Part shown: piece by piece, positions 12,798 through 25,951 of the stretch
How the letters are laid out: every line of letters starts with the position of its first letter
Numbering within the stretch: position 1 is the first letter of the stretch
Source of the DNA: Ancylonema sp.
Lineage: Eukaryota
Direction: 5' to 3'
Assembly (NCBI GenBank): GCA_050230475.1
Contig: JBFLGF010000086.1
Location: 1-64,000, forward strand
Length of the DNA: 64,000 bases
The notes under the pieces: model-generated
Told to the model about the DNA's origin: nothing
Database searches by the model: none
Seen by the model: only the letters and a program-made list of their open reading frames with translations
Translations under genes and position numbers: made by a program

Positions 12798-15700
12798 CAT
12801 AGTGGGTCCCCGAGCCGGAAAATATATGCGCCGACTCGGAGCAGGGCTCGCGAAATTCGCGAGCGGAGCGGGACCCTCAGGAAAAAAACAAAAAAACAAA
12901 TGGTATCCCCGCCCCCCGCTAAGCGGTGGACTATTATGCTTGCGTAATACTGTTTTATAACACCTTGTTGTTAGTTTTTAGGGGCTGTGAACTTTTGTCG
13001 TTATATCGATTTTAGCAATACCGGGAATTTAGCTTTAGTTTTGTCGTTATTCAGCAAGTGCAGGCTGCAGGCAGGCTGCAGGCCGGCTGCAGGCCGACGT
13101 CCTTGTTTTAATGATTACTTGGCCATCTGGCACAAGTGTCGATATGAACTAGTTGATGTGGCAGAATGCTTAGATATGATTGGCAATTGACGAAGTAGTT
13201 TCGATACCGGCAGATTCGTTGACCAGACAACAATCGACTGTACTAGGTCTGAGCTTGCATGCTGAATTCCTTAATCAGACTTTCTACTTCAAACTTGCAC
13301 TTTTGTTGTGTCAACGTTTGTATGACGTGATCTGTCGATTCAAGAGTTGTCTGAGAGTTGTGCTTTATTCTTGCATCGATGGCAGAAGACTCACAAAATT
13401 TGTGGTATCAGAGCACGGTACTGCATTCTGGATGGAGATAAAGTTACCTTTCAAGCATGGAGATCTAAGGCCTCAGCTACTCTTGATGATGCTGAGTGCC
13501 TTGAGATCTGCATAGGAACAGAGACTATTCCAACTCAGGTTACAGCCAGATATGATGATGAACACTGGCCAACACACGAAGCAGAAATGGAGCAGTATAC
13601 ACTTGATGTCAGATGCTTCCGCAAAAGATCAAAGAAGGCAGTCATGCTACTCATGCAATTTGTCAGTGACGACAGTGACGACATCGCTACATCACTTGAA
13701 CAATTTGAACGAGACCCAAAGGCGATGTGGACGGAGGAGTATGACAAGGTGTCTCCAGAACTTCGACAGATTGCAAAAGAAAAGTTGAACTCTTTCAAGA
13801 TCGATGAAATGATGCCAGTCAGAGAAATCAAGAATACTTTTATGTCGATCATCAGAGAGTGTGTACATCAAAAATTTACAGTCAGCGCAGAAGATCAGGT
13901 GATGGCATTGTTTGCTGGCATGTCAAGAACAAAAGGCATGTTGAAGAAGCTTTACTATGGACAGAAAGAGGCACGTGGGATCAGCTGGATCTGGGGGCAA
14001 ATGGGAATGGATGAGCTAGATGACAAGAAATAAAAAGATGTCAAAGATGCTGAGGCACTAGTTGTAGAGGCAAACTATGCTAAGTGGAGCCAAGGCAAAG
14101 GTGGTGGTATCGACAATCGTGGAGGCAGGGGTACATTCAGGGGGTATTCAGCAAATAATCGTGGAATCAGAGGTGGTCGTGGAGGCAGAGGTGGAGGCAG
14201 TGGATCAAGTGGAGGACATTCCTGCTATACTTGTGGAGAGACAGGTCACAGCAGAGACTGCTCCAAGAAAAACGAAGAATGCAAATATTGTGGAGCCATT
14301 GGTCACGTGGAATTAACATGTTTCGACGACAAGAAAAAAAACGAAGCTCCACGAATGCAGAGAAGAAAGGGGGTACGCACTGGGAGAAAAACAGCTTTCG
14401 TTGGCGAAATCGATGAGGGGAAGAGCTGTGGTCATGCAGAAGCTATCATCGCTGAAATCTTCTATGGAGGAAATGTTGCAGATAATGATGATGATGCGGA
14501 GAAAAATTTCCTTTTCGACGATGGTTCCAGTCACCATTCCTGTGGACAAAAAATCTTTTCAAAATCCTCGAAGACATTCCACACGAGGTCATCATGCATC
14601 ATCTGGTCGGAAGTGTGCGAGTGAAGCAGTGGGGAACATGAGCTGAATATTGAGGGAGAGTGTGGAGGAGTAACACTCAAGAAATGTTTGTACATTCCTG
14701 GGATGCGCATTAATCTGTTCAGCGGTCAGAAAGCCAGAGAAGCAGGGTGGTCTCTTACGCTTGCAGTGGAAAAGCTGGTGGCATCATTCCAGTTTACAAC
14801 AAATCTGGACAACAAGTCTGCACTCTGCAAGAAACTTCGAGAGGTCGAAAAACTCTAATCTGCACACCGGTTCGACATTAGCAACTTACTGAAGGGGAAG
14901 CTGTTGTAGCTGCTGTCGAAATCATTCTCCTGCAAACAAGACTTGGGCATGCAAATGAGAGAGTGCTCAAAAATGTGGCACGACAACATCTTGTACGAGG
15001 ACTGGAAGGAGGCATCTCAGGAGTTCTGCGAAACAAACTGTGAAGGGTGCAAGCTGGGGAAGGCACACACGACAAACCTCATCCTCGACGAGAAGCTGGT
15101 GCAGGAGAACAAGTCTGCAGAGTGTCGGTGGACTTGGCAGGGCCGGCCGTTCAATCCAGCATCAATAGGGGGAGGAGTGTACAACATGGTGCTCGTCGAT
15201 GAATACAACCGAAAATCCTGGGTGGAAATACTTCGCTGCAAAGATGATGCAGCTCCTCGTCTGAAGCAATGGATCGCAATCTGGGAAAGACAAGCTGGGA
15301 AACCTGTTAAAAATCTGAGATCAGATCGAGGAGGAGAGAGTTTATCGATGGTGATCTGCAAAAGTGGCTCAAAAATAGAGGCATCAGACATGAGACAACT
15401 CCGCCAAACACTCCTCAAGACAATGAAATCACAAATCGCATGAATCGTACGTTGCAAGACAGGGCTCGCTCTATGCTTTTGCACATGCAACTTCCTCCTG
15501 GTCTGTGGGCAGAAGCATTTAGCTTCATATCTCAGAAATCGATGTCAAGTCAGCGGTCTTCCAAGGACTAAACTCCAGAGGAGATGTGGTCAGGAGAAGT
15601 TCCAAAGGTTGATCATCTTCGATCATTCGGCTGCAAAGTTTATGTGCGACTGGAGAAACAAGATCGGGCTGGGGAAATGAGTGCGCTGGCTTGGCTTGGT

Positions 15701-18700
15701 GTGTTAGTTGGATGGAATCCCGACAGTCCTTGCTACGTCTGGGATCTTGTTGCAACGAACAAAGTACACAACTTTGGCACTGGTCATGCAGACTTCGATG
15801 AATCTGTCAAGCAAAGCTGGTGGAGGGGGCAAAAAATTGGCAAGAAGGCAAGAGTGCATGAGCATGAGCCAGTTGCAGAAACAAAAATGTCATGGCCAGA
15901 TCTGGATGCAGCTGATCAAGGAGGGGGTAGTGTTGGTCTTGGAGGTGTCATTTTTGGAGGTGGGCAACCTGCCTATGGCGATCCAAATTCTGTCGATGAA
16001 GAGAGCCCTTATGCTGTCGGAAATCCATTGCCACAGCTTCCGAGATCTCCTCTTCCTCAGAGTGCAGATCTTCCAGAACTTGTCAGCAATTCTAGTGGAG
16101 TCGATGAAGACGAAGATCATCTGGAAGATGGTCAAGAATGGTATCCAGATGATGCTACTCCTTTTAATCCACTTGGCGTGAACGACAACTTTCCAGAAAC
16201 TTCTATCGATGATCCTGAGCCTATTCGTCGATCTGCAAGGGAGAACAGAGGAATGCATCCCAACAGATTTGCTGCTGCATTTGTTGCCAACTTGGAAAGT
16301 GAGATAAAGACACCGACGACTGTTGAGGAGGCTCTTAACAGCCCGCAAGCAGCTCAGTGGAAAGTAGCAATGGCTGCAGAAATGACAAGTCTACAAGAAA
16401 ACCAGGTCTATCGACTTGTGCCAAGGCCGAAGGGGAAGAAAGTTGTGAAGTCAAAGTGGGTGTTCAGGATCAAATTCAATGCAGATGGTTTCTGTAGAAA
16501 AATACAAAGCAAGAGTTGTGGCTAAGGGATCAGTCAAGTAGAGGGAGAGGACTACGATCAGACCTTTTCTCCAATGTTCGTTTTGAGAGCATTCGCCAAC
16601 TTGTCGCCATGGGAGCTTCCAGGGGTCTAACATGCATCAGATGGATGTAACGACAGCTTTTCTCTATGCACCGCTGGAAGAGGAGGTGTACATGGCGGCC
16701 CCTGACGGCACGTGTGGGCCTGGTGAAGCATATTTGGTGTGGCTACTACTCAGGTGCTTGTATGGCCTCAAGCAGGCACCGAGAGGATGGAACATCGACG
16801 ACGTGCTGAAAAGCTTGCAGTTTCATCGTCTGGCTTCAGATTTTGGCCTTTACATTCTGGGAGAAGGGCCAGAAGCACTCTATTTGGCGCACTATGTGGA
16901 TGATGTGTTTCTCCTCTGCATCAGGGTGGATACTATTTTTGGGGTGAAAAGAGGGCTGGGAAGGAAGTATAACATGAAAGACCTGGGAGAAGCAAAATTC
17001 TTGCTGGGGCTTGAGATTCGACGGCAGTCTGATGGAAACGTGTTTTTGGTGCAAGAGAAATATGCCAGGGATCTCCTCACCAAGTTTGATGCAAGACAAT
17101 TATGCTGCTACTCCTCTTGAGCTGAGTGGTGTAATTTTTTTTGCAAACTGTGAATCTGCTTCTGAATCTGCTGGAATAGAGGATGTGGGCTACAAGTCTT
17201 CAATGGGCAGTTTGCTGTATCTCACTTCTGGAACAAGACCTGATCTGGCAGCTGCTGTTAACTCCTTGTGTCGATACAGTCAGCAGCCAGAGGACAACCA
17301 TTGGGAGGGGTAAAGAGAGTTTTGCGATATCTCAAGGGAACTGTCAATTTGGGGCTGATGTATAAGAAAGGAGGTGATTTGCCAGTCATCGGTTACTCAG
17401 ATGCTAGTCATGGTGACGACGTCGACACTAGGAAGGGGAGAACTGGCTATGTCTTTCTTAGTGGAGGAGTTGCTGTGAGCTGGAAAAGTGGTCTCCTGGA
17501 GACAGTCAGACACTCAAGCTGTGAGAGTGAGTATTTGGCATTGAGTGTTGCTCGAAATGAGGCCATTTATTTGAGCCAGATGCAAAAGGAGTTGGGTATT
17601 GGGGGGGGAGTGTGTCGTGTGCTATTGCTGGGAGACAATGATTTGAAACTTGCTGAGAATCCTGTTTTCCACAAGCGCCCAAACACATCGAGATACAAGT
17701 ATCATTCCATTCGAGAGAGGGTGGTGACCAAGAAAATCAGTCTCCAGTTTGTCAAGAGTGAAGACCACGCTGCTGATATGTTGACTAAAGCAGTGTTTGT
17801 CAAGGTGTTGAAGGAAAAAATGTGATCTAGTGGGGTTAGTGTATGAAAAATAAATTGTTGACTTATGTTTTGTAAAATCGATATCGTTTTCGTTATCGTT
17901 TTTGGAGGGGGAATACAAAAGTACCCAGGGAGGGGGTGTTAGTTTTTAGGTGCTGTGAAATTTTGTCGTTATATCGATTTTAGCAATACCGGGAATTTAG
18001 CTTTCGTTTTGTCGTTATTCAGCAAATGCAGGCTGCAGGCAGGCTGCAGGCCGCGGGGCTGCAGGCCGATGTCCTTGTTTCAATGATTACTTGGCCATCT
18101 AGCACAAGTGTCGATAAGAACTAGTTGATGTGGCAGAATGCTTAGATATGATTGGCAATTGACGAAGTAGTTTCGATACCAATAGATACTTTGACCAGGC
18201 AACAATCGACTGTACTAGGTCTGAGCTTGCATGCTGAATTCCTTAAACAATACTTTCTACTTCAAACTTGCACTTTTGTTGTGTCAACGTTTGTAATGAC
18301 GTGATCTGTCGATTCAAGAGTTGTCTGAGAGAGTTGTGCTTTATTCTTGCATCGATGGCAGAAAAAAGCACTCACACTTGTATCCCGTCATTATCCCGTC
18401 CCCGTTCACAATTCCCCCTTGTCGTTTGCAAGCTACAATTTTGTCGTTTAGCACGTCTCGTTCATTGTAATGTTCCGTACCTTAGTTGTCCTCCCGTTCC
18501 ATCGTAATGTGTGACACTCATAGATTCAGTTTGTCGTTTGCGTCACAGAATCTGTCAGTTTTTGAAGAAATCCCGCATCTGACGGGTGAACGTTGTTCAC
18601 CGCCCCGTCCCTCCCCCAGATGTCGTCCGATTCCCGGAGAATGTCAGAAGAATTTCAAGATTCTGTACAGAATCTTTCAGGTGCCAGAAAAAATACCGGA

Positions 18701-18914
18701 TCCGACGAACACAATCTCTCCAGTAACCATCAGAATATGGTTACTATGTTCGGGACGTACTGCCCGAAGTATCGGTAAAGTTACTACCTGCTTGGCAGAG
18801 ACGGATTTTTACTTGGTCGCATTTCGATGTTTCGTTTTTTCCGGGCGGCTCGCGGACGCGCGCCGGCTCGGAGCCGGGCTCGCAAATTCCGCGAGCGGAG
18901 CGCGACCCACGATG
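12798..18914. mobile_element. hAT-type MITE inserted in Copia A RNase H and itself split by Copia B
   Basis: TIRs CATAGTGGGTC / GACCCACGATG. Perfect 8-bp TSD GTGCTACA at 12790-12797 and 18915-18922. About 700 bp once Copia B is removed. Confidence 0.88.
12969..18376 (+). mobile_element. Full-length but frameshifted Ty1/Copia retrotransposon B
   Basis: LTRs 12969-13395 and 17937-18376 (TG...CA). 5-bp TSD CTTGT on both sides. PBS TGGTATCAGAGC near 13404, PPT at 17927-17936. Gag, CCHC knuckle, integrase (LRSDRGGE), RT (HQMDVTTAFL, HYVDDV) and RNase H (GYSDAS, HSSCESEY, AADMLTK) with several stops and frameshifts. Confidence 0.95.
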
Positions 18915-20707
18915 GTGCTACATACTCACTTTCACAGCTGCTATGAATAACCGTCTCTAGCAAGCTGCTCCTCCAGCTTATTGCAGCCCCCCCACTGATA
19001 AACACATACCCATCCCTGCCCTTGCGCGTGGCCTCATCATTGCCATGACTGTTGTCCGAGTAGCCCCAAAGTGGCAACTCCCCCCCACACTGGTACAACA
19101 ACTGATGAGATTCGGTGCCCCTAATACACCTGAGCACCCTCTTTAACCCCTCCCAGTGCTAGACTGCTGGATTTTGATTGTAGCGGCAGAGGCTGTTGAC
19201 AGCTGCCGCTAGGTCAGGACGCGTCCAAGAGCACAGGTAGAGAAGGCTGCCCATTGCAGATTTGTAGGGGACATCCGCCACCCCCTCCCACACGAAGTCT
19301 GCCACTGGCCTAGGGTCCTTACAAAAGTCTTTGCCAACCTCAAGGGGGGTGGCGGCAGGGTTGCACGCCAGCATGTTGAACTTCCCCAGCACCTCCCGAG
19401 CGTACTTGTTCTGATAGAAAAACACGCCCCCATATGGCTGCCTCCTGATCTCTAGGCCCAAGAGAATTTTTGCCTTTCCAAGATCCTGCATGCGGAACTA
19501 CTCTCCTAGTTGCACCTTGACTCCCAGAATTCTGCTAATCTCCTTGGACAGGAGGACCAGGTCGTCCACGTAGAGGGCCAGGTAGAGGGCGTGAGGGCCA
19601 GGCCCCTTGACATACAACCCGAAATCGGACTGCAGACGGCGGAATCCTAGCCCCCGTAGAACCTCGTCGATATGAGCGTTCCACATGCGGGGGGGCTGTT
19701 TGAGGCCGTAGAGGCACCTCAAGAGGAGCCATACCTTCCCTTCATCCCTTGGCTCGCAAGTCCCTTCACGGGGATCCATGTAGATGATCTCCTCCAAAGG
19801 GGCGTAGAGGAAGGCGGTCGTGACGTCCATCTGGTGCATGAGGAGCTGCTAGGAAGCTCCTAGGGCGACCAGCTGACGGATCCCCTCGAATCGCACAGTT
19901 GGGGAGAAAGTCTGGTCGTAGTCCGTGCCTTTACCTGGCTGAACCCCTTTGCGACCACCCGAGCTTTGAATTTCTCCACCTCCCCATTAGAATTTTTATT
20001 CACCCCGAAGACCCACTTGGATTTGACTACCTTCACCCCAGGAGGTCGATCCACCACCCGAAAGACGTTGTTCTCCTTTAGGCTGGCCATCTCAGAAGCC
20101 ATGGCAGCCCTCCAGCTGACACTTTTTGGAGTTATGAGAGCGGCTACGACAAATTCTGGCGTGCTGACCTCCTGCGCTAGGTGTGCAACGTACCCTGTCA
20201 CGAATCTGATAGGGGGAATGCTAGAGTTCACCCTGCCAGATTGGCGGGTAGGTGGGGGAGGGGCGAGGGTGCCCCCAACTTCCCCATCCGCAGCCCCAAC
20301 CCCACCTCCAGCGGTTGCCCCCAACCTAGCCCCAAGAGCAGCCCCAGCCCCGCCACCTCTTGGGGGACCAGCTCTGAGTGGATTCTCTGCGTCTGCATCG
20401 GTGGGATACCATTCGGGGCCATCCTCTAGCTGCTCGTCCACGTAGCTATCCTATCTAGGACCAGCTCAAGTAGATCCTGGTCGTAACGGGGAGGAAGGTC
20501 GTGACGCTGAGATAACGGATCCCCCACAGCGTCATGAAATGCTTATTCCCCGCCCCCACTCCCATCCCCAGTTGCCCCCGCTACACCAAGGCCTCTGGCT
20601 TTAGCTCCAGCTCGTCCCACCCCAGAAACGTTTGCCCCTGCGTGCCAACCTCCAACCCCGCCAGAACTCCCACCTCTACCTTCAGCATCCACACCTCCAG
20701 CTCCAGC

Positions 20708-20800
20708 GCCCCCACCTCCAGCACCCCAACCTTCACCTCCAGCACCCCCACCTCCAGCACCCCCACCTCCAGCACCCCCACCTCCAGTACTCCTACCTCC
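20708..20800. repeat. 15-bp tandem repeat (CCCCACCTCCAGCAC)n inside Copia A
   Basis: Direct repeats in the integrase-RT spacer, read as EVGVL or GGGAG repeats in the ORF track. Confidence 0.8.
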
Positions 20801-23800
20801 ACCTTCCCCGACAGAGCTTTCAGCTCCAGCTTCTGTAGCACCCTGAACGCCATGGCCAGCTCCCCCTGCTCGTCGCGGCGAAACAAGCCACTGAATCTCC
20901 TCAAATTCTGAAGATTCAGCGAGCCTGATTTTCTTCCCGAGCTGTTGCCCCTTCCACCACTCTGGTGGGACAGATTCGTCGAAATCGGCGTGACCAGCAC
21001 CAACGTTACTGACGACGTCGTTGGTGGGGTCCCACACCCTGGAGCTAGAGTCCTTGAAGCCGACGTTGACCCCGATCTACGCCAGGGGTCCCATCGTCCC
21101 TTTTCGATCGCGCTTCTCCATCCGCACGTAGACCTTGCAGCCATATGCGCGGAGGTGGCTGACGTTTGGTTGGTTACCAGTCCACATCTCCTCCGGGGTT
21201 TTCGAGAGACCCGCGACTTGGCAGCAATTTCGGAGGTAGGAGGCGAAGTAAATCGCTTCGCCCCAAAGGCCAGAAGGGAGTTTCATGCCGACCAGCATGG
21301 ACCGAGCGCGGTCTTCGAGCGTTATGTTCATGCGCTCGGTGATGCTGTTGGCCTAAGGGGTATTCGGGGGAGTAGGCTCGTGAGACGTTCCCCGATTTTG
21401 GAGCCAGATCTGAAAGCTCCCGTCCATAAACTGCCCTCCGTTGTCACACCGCACATTCTTGAGTTTTTTGCCGGTCTGAGTTTCCGAGATCGCGATCCAC
21501 TGTTTGAGTCGCCCAGCAGCCTCGTCCTTGGAGCGCAGAATCTCCACCCAGGACTTTCTGCTGTACTCGTCGATAAGTACCATATTGTACTTGCCGCCCC
21601 CAAGGAAAGCTCGGACGAACGGGCCAGCAAGATCCACAGACACCCTTTCGAGGCACACCTTCTCGCCAAAATCGGCAGATTTGTTAGGGTGCGGTCTGTC
21701 GTGAGCTTTCCCCATTTTACAGCACTCGGAGTTGACGAGAGCTCCATAAATTCCGCCCTCTAGCCCCTTCACCAGATTCGCATTTGCCATGGCCTTGAGC
21801 ACGCACTCATTCGCGTGCCTCAATCGCACGTGCAAGCGGTTGACGTCAACAGCGGTAAGCGCAACTTCCCCTTTGCAGGGGATTTTTCGAATCTGAGGAC
21901 TGCAGATAAGGGTGTGGTGGCCTGCCAGGCTTTCCCGAATCTTCGCAACCCGCTTGCCGTCCTCGCGTAGCAGAGGGACTATCTGGCGTGGTTTTCCAAC
22001 ACAGGTGTAGCTCCACTTGGCCTGCCGTATCCGTTGCCCACTGATGAGATTCGTGCGCATCCCAGGAATGTACACGCAGTTGTGCAGGGTTATGTCGCCA
22101 CATTCTCCATGCGTCTTCACGTGGACAGTCCCCCACTGTTTCACCTAGACCGTACCCTGTACTTGCCTTAGCACTAGCTCGTGCGGAATATCCTCGAGGG
22201 TCGAGAAGTGGATGATGTTGTCGTCTGTGTGGTCACTGCCCCCCCCGTCAATCAGAAATTCTGAATTGCCGTCCAGATCCCCAACGAAATCTTCGCCAAG
22301 ACAAATTGCGCCATGACCAAGGTCCAGGTCCTCGAATTCTCCGACCTGGGCGCTTTTTTGTTCTCCGGCAGCACGTCGGCCGGGCGGCACACCATTCTTT
22401 TTGTCGTAGCAGCACCGTGCATTGTGGCCAATGGCCTCGCAGTGTTTTCAGATATGTCCCTTGTTAGGGCAGTCTCTGCTCATGTGACCGGAGATCCCGC
22501 ACGAGTAACATGTGACGGTGCCCCTGCGCCCGCCGCCTGCCCCTCGACCAGATCCGCTTCCTTCCCCGCGTCCACCTCCACCGACACGGCCTCCCCCATT
22601 GTTTCCCTTTCCAGCAGCTTGGTTCCACTTCGCATAGTTGGCCTCCGCGACTAGCGCTTCAGCCTTGGCTGCTGATTTCTCCTGAGCATCCTCGAGCTCG
22701 TTGCGACTGAGCTGCCCCCAAATCTAGTTGAAGCCAAGTGGCCGAACCTGCGAGAAGTATGTCGCCTTCAAGATTCCGTACTCGCTGCGCGGCATCCCCG
22801 CAAAGAGCACCATGACCTTGTCCTTCTCGCTGATGACCAGACCAACTGGCAGCTGGTATTCCAGAGCCTCTATGATAGCCGTGAATTCATCCCTAGTGTC
22901 CCGTACACTCTTAGATTCGTCGATTCTGAACGAGTTTAGCTTTTGCTTGGCGAGTTGCCTAAGCTCGGGCGAGACTTGATCATAATCCCGAATCAGCTTG
23001 TCCCACATCCCCTTTGGGTCCCGATCCTTCCGGTATTTTTCTAGACCGCGCGCGATGTTCTTGCTCACGAGCGACATGATGAGCATGACCGCGCGCTTGC
23101 ATTTCTTCCGGTACAATTTCAGGTCCTCCGTGTAGTCTTCCACTTCCTCATAATTTGTGAGATTAAGATCTAAATCTCGTTTAGACAATACCACCTCGGG
23201 CTCCAACTCAGTCCCCTCACACACTTCTAAACAATCCCCAGTGTCTAAAATTGCGGATGTTTTCGACCGCCATGCCTGAAATGGCACGCGGTCGCCATCC
23301 AAGATCGTATATCTTGCTCTGATACCACTGTGCGTGTTACCATCATCCATGATGCCTTCTTTACACCAATAGCTTCAATCTTCAGAATCGAACTTATTCA
23401 CCACATGCCATACAAGAGAGTCGAGTCTTGATTGCAAAGAGTCCGATTGAATATTATGGCGGCCGCAACTTGGCCTAAGTAAACATGCCTTGTCGGATGT
23501 ATCGTTCTAAGGAATACTTGCTAAAAGATATAGCAAGAAGGCAGTTGCCACAAAATCGATATAACGAATATTCTCAATACAACAAAGTTTCTAGCCAATT
23601 CTCACACATGACGTTCACCATTTACGTAACCAACATTGTGTTGGATTTTGTTAAATTGTCATAGATTATGTTTGTTGTGTGTGAGACGGAATCTTTCAAT
23701 TTTTTGAAATATCTAGCATCTGGCGGGTGAGCGTCGTTCACGACCTTGCCCCATCCCCCGATGCCGTCCAAATCCCCTGTTGTCAGTAGATTTTGTACAC

Positions 23801-25951
23801 ATTCACGACCGAATTTACCCATTATTATAAAAAATCCGGAGTCATCAGTACGGACATGTACGGACTGTACGGACGCACACGTTTGCAAGCGCAAACGTTT
23901 GCATCCGTACAGTCCGTACCCGTTTGCCGCATTTCACGGCCGTTTTCCGGAAGTTTGCGAGCCATCCGTACGACGTTTGCATTTGCCAGGGCCGGCAGAT
24001 TGCTCTGGGCCCCGTCCGGAAAATGTGCCGTCCAGAAAACGTGCCCCGTCCCCGTGCAACCTTGACCAAGACGCAAAACTCCCAAAAAAAAAGAAGTTTC
24101 TTTTCTAGCTGTATTTTTTTTTGTGTGTTTTTTTTTTAGTTGGTCCCGATACGATCAGTTAGTTAAATCTATTGAATCTTAGTTAGGCTAAATCCAAATC
24201 TGACCCGGATCAGACCCGACCTGAATCGACATCATAACGCAAATTCCCACATCGGATGGGGCCCATCTATGCATAGGTAGTCGCGTACATGTTTAAGGAT
24301 ATCCAGACACGTCCGAGATACGTCCGGACCCGGACACCCCTGCCACGAAAAACAAAGCCTTGAAAATGCCCTACTAACGAGTGACGAGAAACGAGTAACT
24401 TCCCCTTGTTGGCCTTGGACGTGTCCGGGGATCTTTGGACACGTCCTCGACACTTCCGGGCCGGGACACGCACGGGACAGTTCCCAAAAGCTCGTACGAG
24501 ACCCAAAAATGCGATGCTACTATGCGACTTCCGCTAAGGGGTATATCAAATTAAAGGCCTAGTTGCACAAACTCCATTTTTTTTCCAAACCGGATCTTAT
24601 ATGGATTCCCCTCAAAGTGACCTATAGTTTGGAACTACATAAATAATTGGGGATTCCCACAATACGATCGTTTTTGGGGGCGAGATACCTCAAATCAATT
24701 CGACAAATAGTTTCTTCTTGCGTTATTCGACATGTGCAATCTAACAAAAACGACCCAACAAAAAAAGGTTGGATAAAACAATAAAATTAAAAAAAAAAAA
24801 AAAAAAAACAAAAAACAAAAATTAAAAAAAAAAAAAAAAAAAAGGGAAAAAAAACAAGTCAGCCCTTTATATGGATAAACGTGATGTGTGATGGTAAGTT
24901 GACCTATATTGCCACATTTTTCAGAGTACCGTTTCATTTCATTTAGAAAATATCGGCTGAAATTTTCTTTCTCCTTTGTTCCTAACGTGTTCATTCAGCT
25001 TGTACTCATGTCCTTTGAACAACATAATTTGCATTCCCTAAATGCGTATACATGGTAATGATCATTCTTCACTACGATGGTACATACCCATTTTCCAATC
25101 TTGTCATGCCACATCCAAGCATGATATTCCACTTATCCTCTTTCATCCCTTCATTTTTATTACACAATCAGTTGAATCACATGTGCACTTAATTTTATAC
25201 TTCTAATTTTCCTATGCTCCTAATAAGCTTTGGAGAAAAAAAAAAGGAAAATACGTCTAAATATGACATATATAGACCGCGCCATATTTATACGATGACA
25301 AAATTTATTAACATTCGCAATTTCACTAACCATAAGTGACGGGCTGCTGCAATTTTTTATCCATACTATCATATATTTGTCCGGCGTAAGTTTTGTGGAA
25401 GGGATGTGACATTTTTTTTTCACGGAAACGATAAAATCCCAAAAACCACCCGGTTCTCCCGGTTCCGAACCGGATCGATCTCGGGTCCGGTTCCTAAAAG
25501 AAAAACCCCGGCTCTAGCATCTATCGTACTATAAAATCATTGCACTGCAATGGTTGATAGATGTTAAGCATAGCCGTGCCCTTAAGGTCAGAGCTTGAAC
25601 CTCAAACGCCACACCACCATCCGATAAGGATCGCGGTCTCGGTCGGAGCCGGATCGGAATTCCCCGGTCAAATTGGAGCCAACTTAGTAGATTAACCAAA
25701 TACAAATATATTTGAGGGCTTTCTCGCCAGACTCATTAGAGCGTATGAGGGTCGTTCCAATGAAATTTGATTTCCACTTATAATTGGGGCTCCCGACCGG
25801 TCCCGATCCGGTGTTGGGTCCAATCCGAATCGTAACCAGATCAAAAGTTTCGGATCGAATGTTATTTACGATGTGGAAAATATCCGTGGTACGGATCTAC
25901 GGACCGTACTGTGGCATAATCACAATTTCTTCTATAGATTCTACATTTTGG

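Larger units (their letters stand above)
12284..23606 (-). mobile_element. Ty1/Copia retrotransposon A (degenerate, split by a nested insertion; 3' LTR truncated)
   Basis: 5' LTR 23606-23329 (TG...CA). Met-i PBS TGGTATCAGAGC at 23327-23316. Gag, zinc knuckle, protease, integrase (VRCDNGGQF) and RT (HQMDVTTAFL, ALYVDDL) with stops. RNase H breaks at HSSCESEYVA (18915) and resumes at 12797 (GDNESSLKLAENPVFHRPSKHIE). PPT plus only ~37 bp of the 3' LTR (12320-12284) match the start of the 5' LTR. Confidence 0.9.

Noticed and set aside
20945..21763. 272-aa + strand ORF
   Set aside because: Antisense shadow of the GC-rich Copia A integrase; no recognisable domain.
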